From Squalus acanthias (lineage: Eukaryota), in contig CM059432.1 in NCBI GenBank assembly GCA_030390025.1, positions 93,994,001-94,058,000 of the forward strand: a DNA stretch of 64,000 bases, written 5' to 3'. The notes below the pieces were generated by a model that was not told the DNA's origin, searched no databases, and saw only the letters and a program-made list of their open reading frames with translations. The translations under genes were made by a program, and so were the position numbers. This document shows positions 1 through 12,487 of the stretch, piece by piece. Numbering within the stretch: position 1 is the stretch's first letter; each line of letters opens with the position of its first letter.

Positions 1-750
1 GTATGGTGAAAGAGAAGGGTTTTGAGGAGGCTTTGGAAAGCAGGGAGGGAAGTCACAGAGCACAGAGGGACCTGGGGCAGGGTGTTTCAAAGAACAAGAG
101 CATAGTTGTTGATCAGTGGCTACCACTGGTCAAGCAGATGAAGAAGAAGCCTTTGTTAGGGAAGCAGAGAGTGTGCACAGGAATCACTAAGAGAGGGTAG
201 GGCGAGGTCTTGGAGGGAATTAAAAGTGAGGAGAAGAATTTTGAAACCAACTTGTTGAGGCCCACAGAGCTAGTGGAGCGTGGAGAGGATGAACGCGATG
301 GGATTACAGGACTTTGTGCAGGTGAGGATGTGGACAGAGGCATTTTGAAGAAGTTATAATTTGTGGAGGGTAGAAGCAGAGAGGTCGCTAGAAGAATGTT
401 AGAGAAGTCGAGCTTTGAGCTGATAAAGGCATGGACTAAACTTTTGAGAGAGAAATTGGGGTACAACATGTGTGGGGGACAAAACTGAGCTCAGGGTCAT
501 GAAGTGCACCAAAGCTCCACACCTCCTAACTCAGCCAGATATGCAGCCAGGAAGATGGATGGAGTCAAGGCCAGAGCAACGTAGGTACTGGAGTGAGCCA
601 AAGGGAGACGGTTTCAGTTTTGATGACGTTAAGCTGAAGGAGGTTTTGCCTCATCCAGTTTTTGATGTCAAATAGGCAGTTGGAGTGTGCAGTGACGGCC
701 TTTATATCGATGGAACAGATGTCGTCAGCATGCATGTGGAAGCTGACCAA
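1..750 (-). mobile_element. Decayed L2-clade LINE, RT C-terminal region
   Basis: Minus ORFs 113..469 (LVHAFISSKLDFSNILL) and 565..750 (FHMHADD...CLFDIKNWMRQNLLQLNVIKTE) match typical L2 ORF2 motifs; frameshifted. Confidence 0.85.
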
Positions 751-1233
751 TTAAAGAAAATAAACAAACGAACATTCAGTACAGTTTTAAAATTGGGTTT
801 AAAAATGTTTAGCCTGTAATTACATGCAGACTATGCATCTGCAGCATGACACAGTTTCTAAAATGAGGAGCACCTTCACAGGAATCATTACCCAATGATT
901 ACACTTATTTAGTAACCAGTTGCTATATTATTTCCACAACTGTGAAGCATCAGTCACATATCACACTGTTCTCACGTAATTATTTAAATTCCAATTGTTA
1001 TACTTATTGTAGAGTCATTAACTGTCATCTTTATTGCTAAGGTCTATGATTTTCTTGCTTTGTGCAATCAAGAAACCTTTCATTTGTGTGCCATTCTTTG
1101 GAATGAGATCACGCAGTTTTAGGGCTCAAAATAATTTTTGGATCTCAATTAACAATGGTATTGTGTAGAACTACAAACACATTAGCAACTGATGTACTTG
1201 AAGCAGCAGCAATTCTCCAGGTTTGCACTAAAT

Positions 1234-1918
1234 GAGTGATTGTTAACCATGCCCACCCTACGGAAACCAGACGGGCGGGCAGTTAAAATCACCCGTGTGA
1301 TTTGCCCTTCGAGTTTTGGCTCTTTTCCCACAGGCTCCGATTTTAACCTGCTTTTCGGAGCAGGCTGGGAGAACACCCACTGGAAACTGGTGGGATCCTT
1401 TATATATGCAGCTCGGGCTCCGATTTCATTATCGAGACTTAACTACTAATTTAACTAAAGGCCTGCACAGGGAAGCCATGTCTTTCCTGCCAGGCCAACC
1501 TAGCATGGGAAGCAGCGTCGAGCCCAGATAAAGCCCAAACAGGTAAGTCGTTTTACTTTTTTTGTCTTTCCTTGTGGGACCAGGGAGAAGCAGGAGTGCT
1601 CCTCCAGGCTCCACAAGAAAAGTTTAGGCCTCCCCTGTCCCTGGCTTCCTCCCTACCCCAATCGCTAGGCCCTCCAAAACTCCCTTCCTGTAACTTACCG
1701 GAGTGCCGGGACTGTTCCTTTGGTCCTTGGTGGCAGCCTCCTTATGCCCAACATTTTGCTTCTGCCTGCCGGCAAGCTGCTGCTTGCCACCAGTTTCAGA
1801 CAGGAGACTGACTGAGGCTGTACAGATGAGGAGTGCAAGTTAAAATCACCGAGGCCTTACACTACTGAAGTCGGGATGGTTTGCTGCCCACTCCCGCTCC
1901 AAGTTAAAAATCGAGGCT
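1234..1918 (+). mobile_element. Non-autonomous TIR DNA element (MITE-like), GATTTTAAC/GTTAAAATC family
   Basis: Degenerate ends gagtgattgttaac / gttaaaaatcgaggc; internal AGGTAAGT, T-tract and hairpin shared with copies at 24.3 kb and 39.9 kb. Confidence 0.6.
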
Positions 1919-2757
1919 TAAGTAGTTTCAAGTAGGTTTTAGGCTGCAATTCAAACCAAGAAAATTGCAAATGTAGAATCTTGGTTCTGCAAATCTAAGT
2001 TACGTTAGGCCGAACAGATCAATAAGATCTTTTGTCCCCTTTTCCATTACAGTGCTGAACAAAGTGCTATATTGTAAATAAGGCAATGCGACTTCGAGGA
2101 GCAGAAACCAACCTCAAGAAGTCATGATTTCCCGATTCTCTGTTAGGAGCAGCGCTGAGCCTACCTATACAGGGCAAGTTATGTGCTTTTTATATTGCTG
2201 GGCTGTACATATCTTCCCCAGACAGAAATAAAATTTGTGACTCAACATCAATGCATGCACGAGATTGCACATGATGCCACTGTTGCTATGGAGATCGCCC
2301 CACAATGCAAATGTGACAGTTCCACACCAGAACCAAAGTACATTACAGAAACTCTTCTCTTAAAGTAGTCCTATAACATAGAGATCATAAAAGACGCAGC
2401 CAGACGTTAAGCAATAGCAAACACTGTGCACAGTCAGCACTTGGATAGGAAGTGAAATACAGCTCTGGTTTCACATCATGAAACAAAGCTGATCACTGTT
2501 ATATCAACGTAGGTGTTCACCAAGTTAGTGAACATGAGAAAACAGAAAAGGCTATCCAGCCCACAATGACTTCTCCTTGCAATAGACCATGCATTATTTG
2601 AACGATCATGGATTTTCCAAAAATACTAAGAAAAAAACAATAGGTGCATTTAGGGAAGTTTCTTTCTGATCCCATAAGTAAAATCATAGAATGGCTGCCT
2701 TCCGTGCTGTAACCATTCAGCCCGAACCGACTCTCAGCTAAAAGTTGATTTTGCCGC

Positions 2758-2825
2758 TAGCAGAGAAGGGTTTTGATCCATTGACCTCTGGGTTATGGGC
2801 CCAGGTTCTGCTGCGCCACTCTGCT
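2758..2825 (-). pseudogene. Initiator tRNA-Met (CAT) pseudogene
   Basis: Reverse complement agcagagtggcgcagcagaacctgggcccataacccagaggtcaatggatcaaaacccttctctgcta aligns to vertebrate tRNA-iMet with a 4-nt D-arm deletion and CpG-type substitutions. Confidence 0.9.
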
Positions 2826-2869
2826 CAATAACATGGATATCAATCCACATGATCTCTGTAAGTGGCTCC

Positions 2870-3160
2870 AGTCCTTCAATCCCCGCATCCCATAATCCTC
2901 CAGTCATCGGACTCTGCCTTCCTGGGCATCCCCCCTCCTTTCACCCCACCATTGGCAGCCTTGAGCTGCCAAGGCTTCACACTCTGGAATGCTCTCCCTA
3001 AACTCCTCCTCCTTTAAGCTATTTCTTAAAACCCAACACTTTGTCTCGGCTTTTGCTCACCCCTCCCAATATCTCCTTTGGCTCGGCATCCATCTTTTCC
3101 TTACGTCTCTGAAGTGCCTTGGGACATTTATTTATGTTGATGGCGCTGTATAAATTGTTG
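2870..3160 (+). mobile_element. L2 LINE 3' fragment
   Basis: accattggcagc...ctctggaatgctctccctaaa...gtgccttgggac...ggcgctgtataaat matches the L2 3' end at 13157-13450 (minus). Confidence 0.7.
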
Positions 3161-3224
3161 TAGTAGCTATCCATATGTATCCAAGAAACTCAATTATAAT
3201 TTTATTCCCACCAAACGTTTTTCT

Positions 3225-3632
3225 CATTGGCTTCCTCCTCTCCCCTTTCCTCTTCTGAAAGCATCAGCATTTGCTGCAGTACTGTTCCATGAACACTGAT
3301 CACTTTGCCATACCTCATCCAAGTGACCATTATTCATGGGTCAACCTTTTTAGTGAATGCCAGGGGCATCACAGCAGACCCTGATCTTTTATTCCCCTGA
3401 CGTTCACATGTATGTTTCCAGCTGGGAACCATACATCTGGACATCAAGTTAAAACAGAATCAGGAACAAGAACCCTGGTGAGTTTTCCCCTCCTTAACAC
3501 GGGGACACAGAGGTCAATCATACCCCCATCCTGGCTGAGATCAGCTACTCAGCACAGACTGGGGGGGATAGAACCGGAGGTCTGAATGGGTCAGCAATTC
3601 AATGGATAAACTTGCTGAGCCATCAGGAGAGC
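3225..3632 (-). mobile_element. Old tRNA-headed SINE (AmnSINE2-like by recollection)
   Basis: Minus strand: tggctcag head, gtctgtgctgagtagctgatctcagcc, cagggttcttgttcctgat, catgaataatggtcacttgg; same blocks recur at 7.2, 15.9, 19.7-21.4, 21.8 and 42.6 kb. Confidence 0.6.
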
Positions 3633-3890
3633 TTGAATTTTAATCTGCATCAGCTATTCAACCAGGTTTGTTTTTAAGAGGGCATTAAATCAGCAAAACA
3701 CTGACCACTTTTGATGAGTCTATTGCACATATCTCCTCATCTGTAGTCAAACATAAAACTTACCATTAAAAAAAAAGCATGTCCTTCAGTTCTTTGATTA
3801 ATTTAAATTTAATAATCTGCTTACATCTACATTAAGATCTGCATTATGCTCCTGCTAGTGGTATGGGAAAAAGGTACAACTGGGTTAGAT

Positions 3891-3893
<3 letters not shown>

Positions 3894-3933
<40 letters not shown>
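3894..3933. repeat. (CA)n microsatellite, about 20 units
   Basis: Perfect CA run read directly. Confidence 0.98.
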
Positions 3934-3934
<1 letters not shown>

Positions 3935-6900
3935 TATCTGCCTCATGCACATATGTAACATTTTGATCAAACTGCGACTTGGTTTTCAAAGTGATAGCTG
4001 GCAAGTTCTGCCACTGGCGCATTTGGCTACACTTATGCGATGACAATGAAGGAAGTCATTCTTGGAAGCTCAAGATTCTTAATAAAGTTGCCAGCCAGAA
4101 TTAGGACTTGGGATTTGAATCGATAAGCTCTATGAAGGATTGCATAAAACAGAAAGACATTGGTGATTTAAGTGAATGACATAAAGCCAGTTCGAGAGTT
4201 ACAGAAAGCTCAATGCAGTCATTATTCTGAGTGGTGTGAACCATCTGAAACTCAGGAGCTGGTTTTAAATGATCAGAAATACATTATTGATTAGCATAAA
4301 ATGCAGCAGCTACAAGAGATGTGACGAGCCTACCTCAATTGAGGGAACCCAAAACATAAATAGAGGTCAAGCATTTCAGCTGTAATACGTTTCATTAATT
4401 AGACGTTTCCTATTAGCTTAGATGAGAATTTAAATGCTTTTTTGGTGTGGTGCGCAGCATGCCTAATTAGTGATTCAGGTATGGACCATTTTCATTTCTG
4501 AATTACTTACAAATAAATTATCAACCACCACACAACTCAAGAAAAATATAGTCAACACAATTATTCTCATTTGCATTGGACCTAAAACATCATTGTAAAA
4601 TTACCAGGCCCTATAGAAAATCATTTACTCGCAAGATCATTTTTGATGTTTAGAATTTCCAGATTATATTCAGAGATGGCTGGTTCAGAACGTCCTCCTC
4701 CATGTATGAGTGGCAGTCAGTCAGCTACTGTCTCAGCTGTTCGGTAGAATAGTTAAGAAGCCAATCAGGCATGTAAATCTACAGACAGCAAAGTTATAGT
4801 CCAGTTATAAACAAGGTACTCACAGCTAGTCTGAAAAGTCCCCCCAACCATACAGTGCCTAAAAATCCTGATTAATAGCATAATGCTGTTGGAAAAGCAA
4901 ATTCTACAAAGCACTTATTGAAAGGAAACTAGCTTTGTTAACCTGCTGATAAATTAATAGCATGTTAGAATGCAAGAATAAGCCGTTTCCTCTATTCCCA
5001 TAAAAGTGTCGAGTCAATTCGATGAATAGCCATAGCCCAGCTGGTCACTTCAAAGTGATCCTCTCTGAACAAGTGTATTAATTAATGCTGGGTTTTGAGG
5101 TTATCTCTTGGCTCATTTACACTGACTTGCTTCTTAAAAGGTACTGCAGTCATGGTTGTAGATAGCACGAATCTGGTTTAAACAGGTGCTGTCTGATACA
5201 AGTACTTAAATTACATTGGCAAAATAATTTACAGGCCACAAGTCCAGCGAGTTCTCATGCTAAACTGCCATTTAAATCTTGTGATAGGATTGCTTGGTCC
5301 AGAGTTAGTAAAGTGGACCAAAGTCTCCTACGAAGTCAGAAATTTAAATATTGCCCCCTTTAGTAAATGGTCCACATTCTACTGTACAATTTTTTTGCTG
5401 CATTACCAGATAGTAGTACTAGCTTGGGTGCCACATAATTCACATACAGTTTATTTGCTGTCAATCTAAAACTAACTTTCATTTGTTATCTAAATGTCTC
5501 CTACTGTGGGCAAGTTAAAAATAAACTGACCATGTACATTTCCACAGAACCTCCAAGGCAGAAATAATCCATACATTTTCCTTTTTCTCTTTAAAATGCA
5601 GATACAGATTTTCACTGGTGTCATGGAAAGTGGAAAACAGAGCAGCATAAAACAAAGTGTGTAAAAACTGCATTTGTATTCAGCATTTCCCTTGCTCCCA
5701 CTTTCTTCTTCTACAATCAAGATCGAACAAATAGCTGTCGTGGTAAAGATCTGCATTCTTGGGTTGAGGTCACAAACTTAATCCTACGCTGTACTGATAG
5801 TCCAATGATATGAGGGGAGTTTGAACAAGGTGAATAGTATTACACAGCAACAGAATGTTGCATTCAAGATTTTTTGTACAAAGTTTCCCCCTCAAAAGCA
5901 ACCAAATTCATTTTGTTTACTAATAAACCAAAATGGGGTAGAAACTGGACCTCGGTTTTAAAACTGATGTAAAACAGGTGCAACAAGGGCCAATTTTGTG
6001 CCCCAAGGATGCCTGAAGAACGATCGACCCGACATCGGATGGGGCCGTTTTTCAGGCGTCCGGGACTCTTCTGGCACACAGAGTGCGTACCATCTGGTTC
6101 GAGCCCGAAAACATGCGCGAACCAATTTAATCACTAATATTTTTTTTTAAAAAGCTACACAACATTCAGTTTAAAGCATAATTTTCTCCATTAACTTGTT
6201 GTTGCCACTTGAATCACCAATATTGTAATTCTACAGTTAGTAATTCTACAGCTAGCATACAGCAAACACTGAAGAAAAATTACACCATTTAAAGCTCTTG
6301 CTCTGGTGCCAGCCCTCTAAGGTTGCCATCCATCTGGTTTTGAAACAGACAGTCGATGCTCAAATGGACCAACTGCTAAGATATAAACCAGAACATCATA
6401 AGTCTCATTTTTAAAATGAAAGTCCATTTTCTCCACAGACAGGAACGAACCAGGAAATGGAGCTGCTCCATTTAGCTGCTCACCCACTCTATTCCCACCC
6501 AGCAGGGAGAATTAAAATTCCCCTCGATATTTTTTCTTAAGGATTTTTTCTTGCACATCAGAATACTAAACAGATCTTCGATTAACAAGCTTTCAGCATA
6601 CTCTGAAGAACAGTTCCTTAGTGAGTAATGAGGGAAATTGTAGCCTTTTTAAAAAAAGAGACATAGCATGTGGTATATATGTTTAGCTATACATATATAT
6701 TGCACTGCATATTGGATAAAAAGCAGCAAATGGTTCACAATGCCCTCACTATAACGGAGCCATGTTGCACTAGGTCATGCTCTCATGGTCATTGGCAATT
6801 CTTTTGATCATACCAGCTTCTGACAAGCTCTGAACAGACAATCTGTGCGAACAGTAATTTTTATTTTGTAGTTTGCAATGTGCAACACAAAGTAATGCTT

Positions 6901-7164
6901 CCAATTGTAATATTTTAGACTATTCCGACAGGAAAAGTAATAAACAATGAGTGTATTAGCTGATACATTACTACAGTAGTAAAAAGTCTCAAACAAAGAG
7001 GAAAATACTAAAACTGATGATTTTACAAGCCCTGAAATATTGCTGATTTAGTGATGAAGAAAACCTTGTACATTTCAACTGTTTATTGCTTCAGCCATCT
7101 CAAAATCCAATTGAAACACTTTTATAGGAATGCAAAACAAATGCTGTCAAAATCCCTTGTCACA

Positions 7165-7570
7165 TTTTTTTCTCTCCAAATCTCTCCTCTTAGCCATCCT
7201 CTGACAAATGACTCTTAATGGGGTGGAGTTCCATGAACATCAGCTGTCTTCCAATACCTCAATCAAGTGACCGTTCTTCATGTGTGAGCTTGGACAATAA
7301 CTACTGGTGGTTTGTTGTCTTTGGATTTCTACATCCAAGCCTCATCTGGCATCAACACATTCACTTCTAGCAGAGGACAATAGACAATAATTAGGTGTAG
7401 GAACAAAGACAAAGACAGACTCTTCCCCTCCCTAGTCTAGGGACATCTCTACTAACTGTAGAACAAAATCATCTCCAGTCCAGACCTACTAACTCAACAC
7501 AGCTCATGGATCAAACTGGGAACCTTCCTGGTCCATATGATTCAGTAGTACTCCTCCGGGCCCCATAAGG
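7165..7570 (-). mobile_element. Old tRNA-SINE copy (same family as 3225-3632)
   Basis: tacctcaatcaagtgaccgttcttcatgtg, cccctccctagtctagggac and accttcctggtc blocks shared with other copies. Confidence 0.5.
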
Positions 7571-7718
7571 AAAGTTGTGGTCTACTCTGCAGCATGGGCT
7601 ACAATTTCTTTACAAGAAGTGAGGACAAATCCCCAGAGTTTATTGCCACAATCTTGTACAAGTTTGGAATGTTAAGTCCATAGCGTTTTGTGTAACTACA
7701 GGCCATAGGTCCATAGTC

Positions 7719-8508
7719 AAATTATTTAAATGGGGAGAAATTACAAAATGCTGAGGTAGAGGGATCTGGGGGTCCTTGTACATGAATCACAAAAAGTTAG
7801 CATGCAGGTACAGCAAGTAATTAGGAAGGCAAATGGAATGTTGGCCTTTATTGCAAAGGGAATGGAGTATGAAAGTAGGGAAGCCCTGTTACAACTGTAC
7901 AGGGCGTTGGTGAGACCACACCTGGAGTACTGCGTACAGTTTTGGTCTCCCTATTTAAGGAAGGATATACTTGCATTGGAGGCAGTTCAGAGAAGGTTCA
8001 TGAGGTTGATTCTGGAGATGAAGGGGTTGTCTTGAACAGGTTGGGCCTATACTCATTGAAGTTTAGAAGAATGAGAGGGGATCTTATTGAAACATAAGAT
8101 TCTGAAGGGGCTTGACAGGGTAGATGCAGAGAGGATGTTTCCCCTCGTGGGGGAATCTAGAACTAGGGGGCATAATTTCAGAATAAGGGGGCACCCTTTT
8201 AAATCGGCAATGAGGAGGAATTTCTTCTCTGAGGGTTGTGAATCTTTGGAATTCTCTTCTCCAGAGAGCTGTGGAGGCTGGGTCATTGAATATATTTAAG
8301 GTGGAGATGGACAGATTTTTGAAAGGTAAGGGAGTCAAGGGTTATGGGGACATCTTTGTTGTCCAAAATAATGCAAAACAGCCGAGAAATATTCAGAACA
8401 CATTATGGAGTTGAGGCCAAGATCAGATCAGCCATGATCTTATTGAATGGCGGAGCAGGCGCGAGGGGCCAAATGACCTACTCCTGCTCCTACGTCTATG
8501 TTCTTATG
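7719..8508 (+). mobile_element. CR1 LINE, 5'-truncated (RT C-terminus and 3' UTR)
   Basis: ORF 7802..8035 LYRALVRPHLEYCVQFWSPY; 3' UTR gatcagccatgatcttattgaatggcggagcagg and ttcttatg tail. Confidence 0.95.
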
Positions 8509-8579
8509 GCTTTTTTGAAGCTGTTGGTTAGCTTTTGCTGGTTTTCCAGGTTGGCATGTTCGATAAAACCAAAATGGGA

Positions 8580-8750
8580 GATGTAATGTAACGTGAATGC
8601 AATCCTCCATAAGCTTGAAGGTACGACTGCCAATGATGAGGCGAAGGAAGTGGGGGCTGCACAAGAGGCCAGAGTTGGTGGAACGGAGGGTTGAACGGCT
8701 AGAGGAGATTACAGATATGGGGAGGCTATGGAGAGATTTGAACACAAATA
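8580..8750 (-). mobile_element. L2 3' fragment
   Basis: cacaagaggccagagttgg...ggctatggagagatttgaacaca resembles 13420-13530 and 52190-52220. Confidence 0.6.
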
Positions 8751-8769
8751 TAAAAAGTAGGATTAAACC

Positions 8770-9112
8770 TTTCCTTCAGATTTCTCATGCTTTCCTCCTC
8801 CTCCTCTGCTATTCTGCTATAACCATTTACATATTTTGTTTTTTCACTTGTCTCATTATCACCCCCTTTTGCCTTGCACCAGCATCACTTTTGTCATCCA
8901 ATCACTCCTGCCTTCCACCCCATCAGAGACCTATCCCTTTTGTTCTTTTCCTGCACCCGCCTTTGCCTTGGCTCAGTACTGCTTGAAAGCTGTTCATCTC
9001 GATCATCTTCCAGTTCTGATAAAAGATCATCAACCTGAAACGTTAACTCTGTTTCTCTCTCCACAGATGCTGCCTGACCTGCTGAGTATTTCCAGCATTT
9101 GCTGTTTTCATT
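8770..9112 (+). mobile_element. Penelope-like element solo pLTR/3' UTR with degenerate hammerhead (9012-9048)
   Basis: Homologous to 31010-31095 plus 33640-33875; contains agtt-ctgataa-...-gaaacgtt-aact. Confidence 0.85.
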
Positions 9113-9707
9113 TCTTTCCTTCAGAATGTCAGATTCTTTCCTAAAGCTTATAACACATCACCTCAGCCCATTAATCCAATAAATTCCATTCAGAACAAGT
9201 ACAGTTGGGATGGACCTCAGGTGGTCTTTACTCATGGATGGTTTCCTAATGCAGATTCAAGACTGGATTAATTAATTTATTATTGGTACCAAGATAAAAT
9301 GATCACTAATGATAGCCTTCAAAATTAGTTTTATTATAAACTTACAGTAAAACTTTAGCACATAGAGCCCGTTTAAAAAGAAAAGAAAAAACATGCATCA
9401 TGACCTGATGGCCTGCAAGTGAACTGCATACTGTGTAGATGAAGGAGGTCAACCTCCAGACTAAAAGAGGATGCAAGCCCCAGTGGTGAATTCATTCTTT
9501 TCAATACTCATATTTTCTATTTAATTATGGTGAATATTTCTCAGCTGTTTTGCATTATTTTGGACAACAAAGATGTCAACATATAACATTTCAAGCTTAT
9601 CCAAGACACTCAATTCAGTAAACAACTGAGAACAGATGAGGATTAAATTAGTAACCATAGCCGCCTATTCTGAACAAAGAAAAAGATGAACAAAGAAAAA
9701 GATAAAC

Positions 9708-10157
9708 AAAGAAATTGCATTTATACAGGACCTTCCATGACCTCAGGATGTCCCAAATTGCTTCACAGCTAATTAAATACTTTTGACGTGTAGTCACTGT
9801 TGTAATGTAGGGAAATGTGGTCGCCAATTTGTGCACAGCAGAGTCCCGCAAACAACAATTGAAGAAATGACCAGATAAACTGTTTTAATAATGTCAGTTG
9901 AGGAATAAATAGGAGTAGAACACCCCTGCTCTTTTTCAAATAGTGCCATGTTATCTTTTACATCCATCTGAAAGGGCAGACGGGTCTCGGTTTAATATCT
10001 CATTTGAAAGATGGCACATCCAACAGTGGAGCACTCCCTCAGTGCTGCACTGAAGTTTACTACCTAGATTGTGGGCTCAAGTCTCTGGAGTGGGGCTTCA
10101 ATTCAAGACCTTTTCACTCAAAAGGTGAGAGTGCTACCATTGTGTCAAGGCCGACAC
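9708..10157 (-). mobile_element. SacSINE1-like DeuSINE, near full length
   Basis: Reverse complement of the SINE at 52919-53336: tRNA-like head, central domain and L2-type tail. Confidence 0.85.
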
Positions 10158-10711
10158 CTAAATGAAAGAAATGAGCATTATCCAAATTAGATACAGGAAA
10201 GACACTAACGTTTTCCAGGATGCTGTCATTCACTTGTTTGGTGTATACGCAAAAGCTAAAAGAAGTGGACTCCTGAAGCAAAATCAGCTGTCTAAATTAT
10301 TATTCATTTTTAATCATTTTTCTCTATATGTTGCTGTTCTTCACCACTGGGTTATCCTTGCACCCTCTGATTTTTGGGTCTTACTGGTAAAAATCAGCTA
10401 CATGCAACTATGTACTTTTTCCAAGTCAAAAATAAAACAGATTCATAGACAGCTTTGCGCTTAATTGGGAGATTGCAGCAAGACCTAAAAAACCCCACCA
10501 TGTTCAGTGCAACACCATGTGATGAACTGATTCAATGAGCAAGAATCTATTTTTCTGCATGGGGAGGGTCATGCCTGGTGTTGGATCTAATCCTGCGACT
10601 TTATGGCGAGGGAGGGATGAAGTCTTACACTTTTGTTTTGCTTGAAGACAATGTTGTGGTTTAATTGGATTTCACCCAAATAATGTAAATTGGGGATAAA
10701 TAAATACTCTC

Positions 10712-11007
10712 GGAGGTGCCTTCCTCATATGGAGATGTTAAACAGAAGCACCCACAGGTAGACATAAAAGATCCAATGACACTATGCAAAGAAGAGCTGG
10801 GAAGTTCTGCTGGCGTCCTGGTTAACATTTATCTCTGAACCAACATCACAAACAGATTATTTGGTCATTTATCTTTTTGCGGTTTGAGATCTCCTGCTGT
10901 GGGCAAATTGGCTGCCACGCTTCCTTACTTTACAACAGTGACTACACTTCAAAATTACTTCACTTGCTGTGAAAGGTGCTATATATAAGCAAGTTATTTC
11001 TTCTTTC
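10712..11007 (+). mobile_element. SacSINE1-like DeuSINE, 5'-truncated
   Basis: ggaggtgcc...gagatgttaaac...aaattggctgcc...gtgactacacttcaaaa...aaaggtgctata. Confidence 0.8.
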
Positions 11008-12487
11008 TAAATACGGGGGTTTAAATCAGAAAGTTCAGATATCTTCGAGCAAATCAATGATAAAGAGCTACAAAGCAGATCAAGGCTAAAATACCCATTA
11101 ACAATCTTAAAACTTGAGAGCGAACATTTCAACTTGAAATGTTAAAAAAGCAAACAAAATATGGGCGATTAAAAATTGAAGCTCATGACGATCGAGGTTG
11201 CTGAGGGAATATCTAGACAGAAACAATGCATAGACCCTTTAAATTCCATCTCTTAAATTACAGTTAGTGAGGGTGCTGATAAAACCATATCACTTTTCAA
11301 TTATTTCATTAATTGTAATACTGCAACCTAAACTTGTATAATTGCTTAATCAACTGATTTTATTTGCACATTAAAATTTACATTAGTCAGAAAGTAAGTG
11401 GCCTCGGGTGAAGCTAATTACTGTAAACCAGCATCCTTTTGAACACATCAATAGTTTAATTGATTTAAATGAGTCCCCAAAAGTTTAGACAGACAGTCAG
11501 CTACTATACTTTGAACATATAAAATTAACCAAAGTAGCACGGTAGTGCTCTGTCACAGAATGATTGGATTTGTGTTCTCAGGTTGTCCAAGTAGACAGAG
11601 TCAAGATGAAACTCTTCCCCCAGATGAAATAATTAATAAAGGAGGAACATTTGCCTTACATAATTATCACATAATTCGTAGTGAACTGTTAGAGAGCAAC
11701 AACACCAAGACCCTGAAAACAGGTCAACTGTTCATTCAGTTAAATGTTGGCTCAGGGACACTACAGGGGGGAGAAAAAAGGCAATGAAATGGACCCTTAC
11801 TGTATTGTATACAAGTGACTGTAAAATAATTTAGAACCAGACATATTCTGATATTCAATTTACTTCATTAAATAAATGTTAAAAAAATGAATCAACCAGT
11901 GGGTCTATCTATTGCTTCTGGGTAATTTGAGGTCCAGAGCACAATTATGATGTTTATGTTTGACGAACCCAGTTCGGTCATTCCTTAACTTAATACATTT
12001 AATTGTTATAATTCAGAAGGCACATGATAAAGTTTTACATTTGAGGCTTCTAAAGAAGAATAAAGATCATGGTTAGTCAAGTTTGCTGGCTGGATTAAAA
12101 CCAGCTTTGGAATAGAAAGTGAACTCTGGCAGTAAGTTAACAGCTCGGTCTAAGCAGCAATGATTAACAATATTTCATATTATTCATAAAAAAAATTGAA
12201 AAATATGTCCAAATAATAAAGTTTTCTGATGACATCAAGCTATGTGACTATATACTGACACTACAACTCATTTGGTAAGCTCACATTTTGAACATTGAGA
12301 AATGAGAGAGTGAAAAGAAAGAAAGAGACACAGAGACACGATTCAACCTGGGCTGTGATCACAGAATTGGAAACCCTGAATACAAAGTTAGCAAGCCTCA
12401 AAATAAATTAGAACAAAGTTCCCCCTCCGACAGGCAAAGTGTGTTGGACTACCAATAAAAATCAGCTGATTCAATGTAGATTTACTC

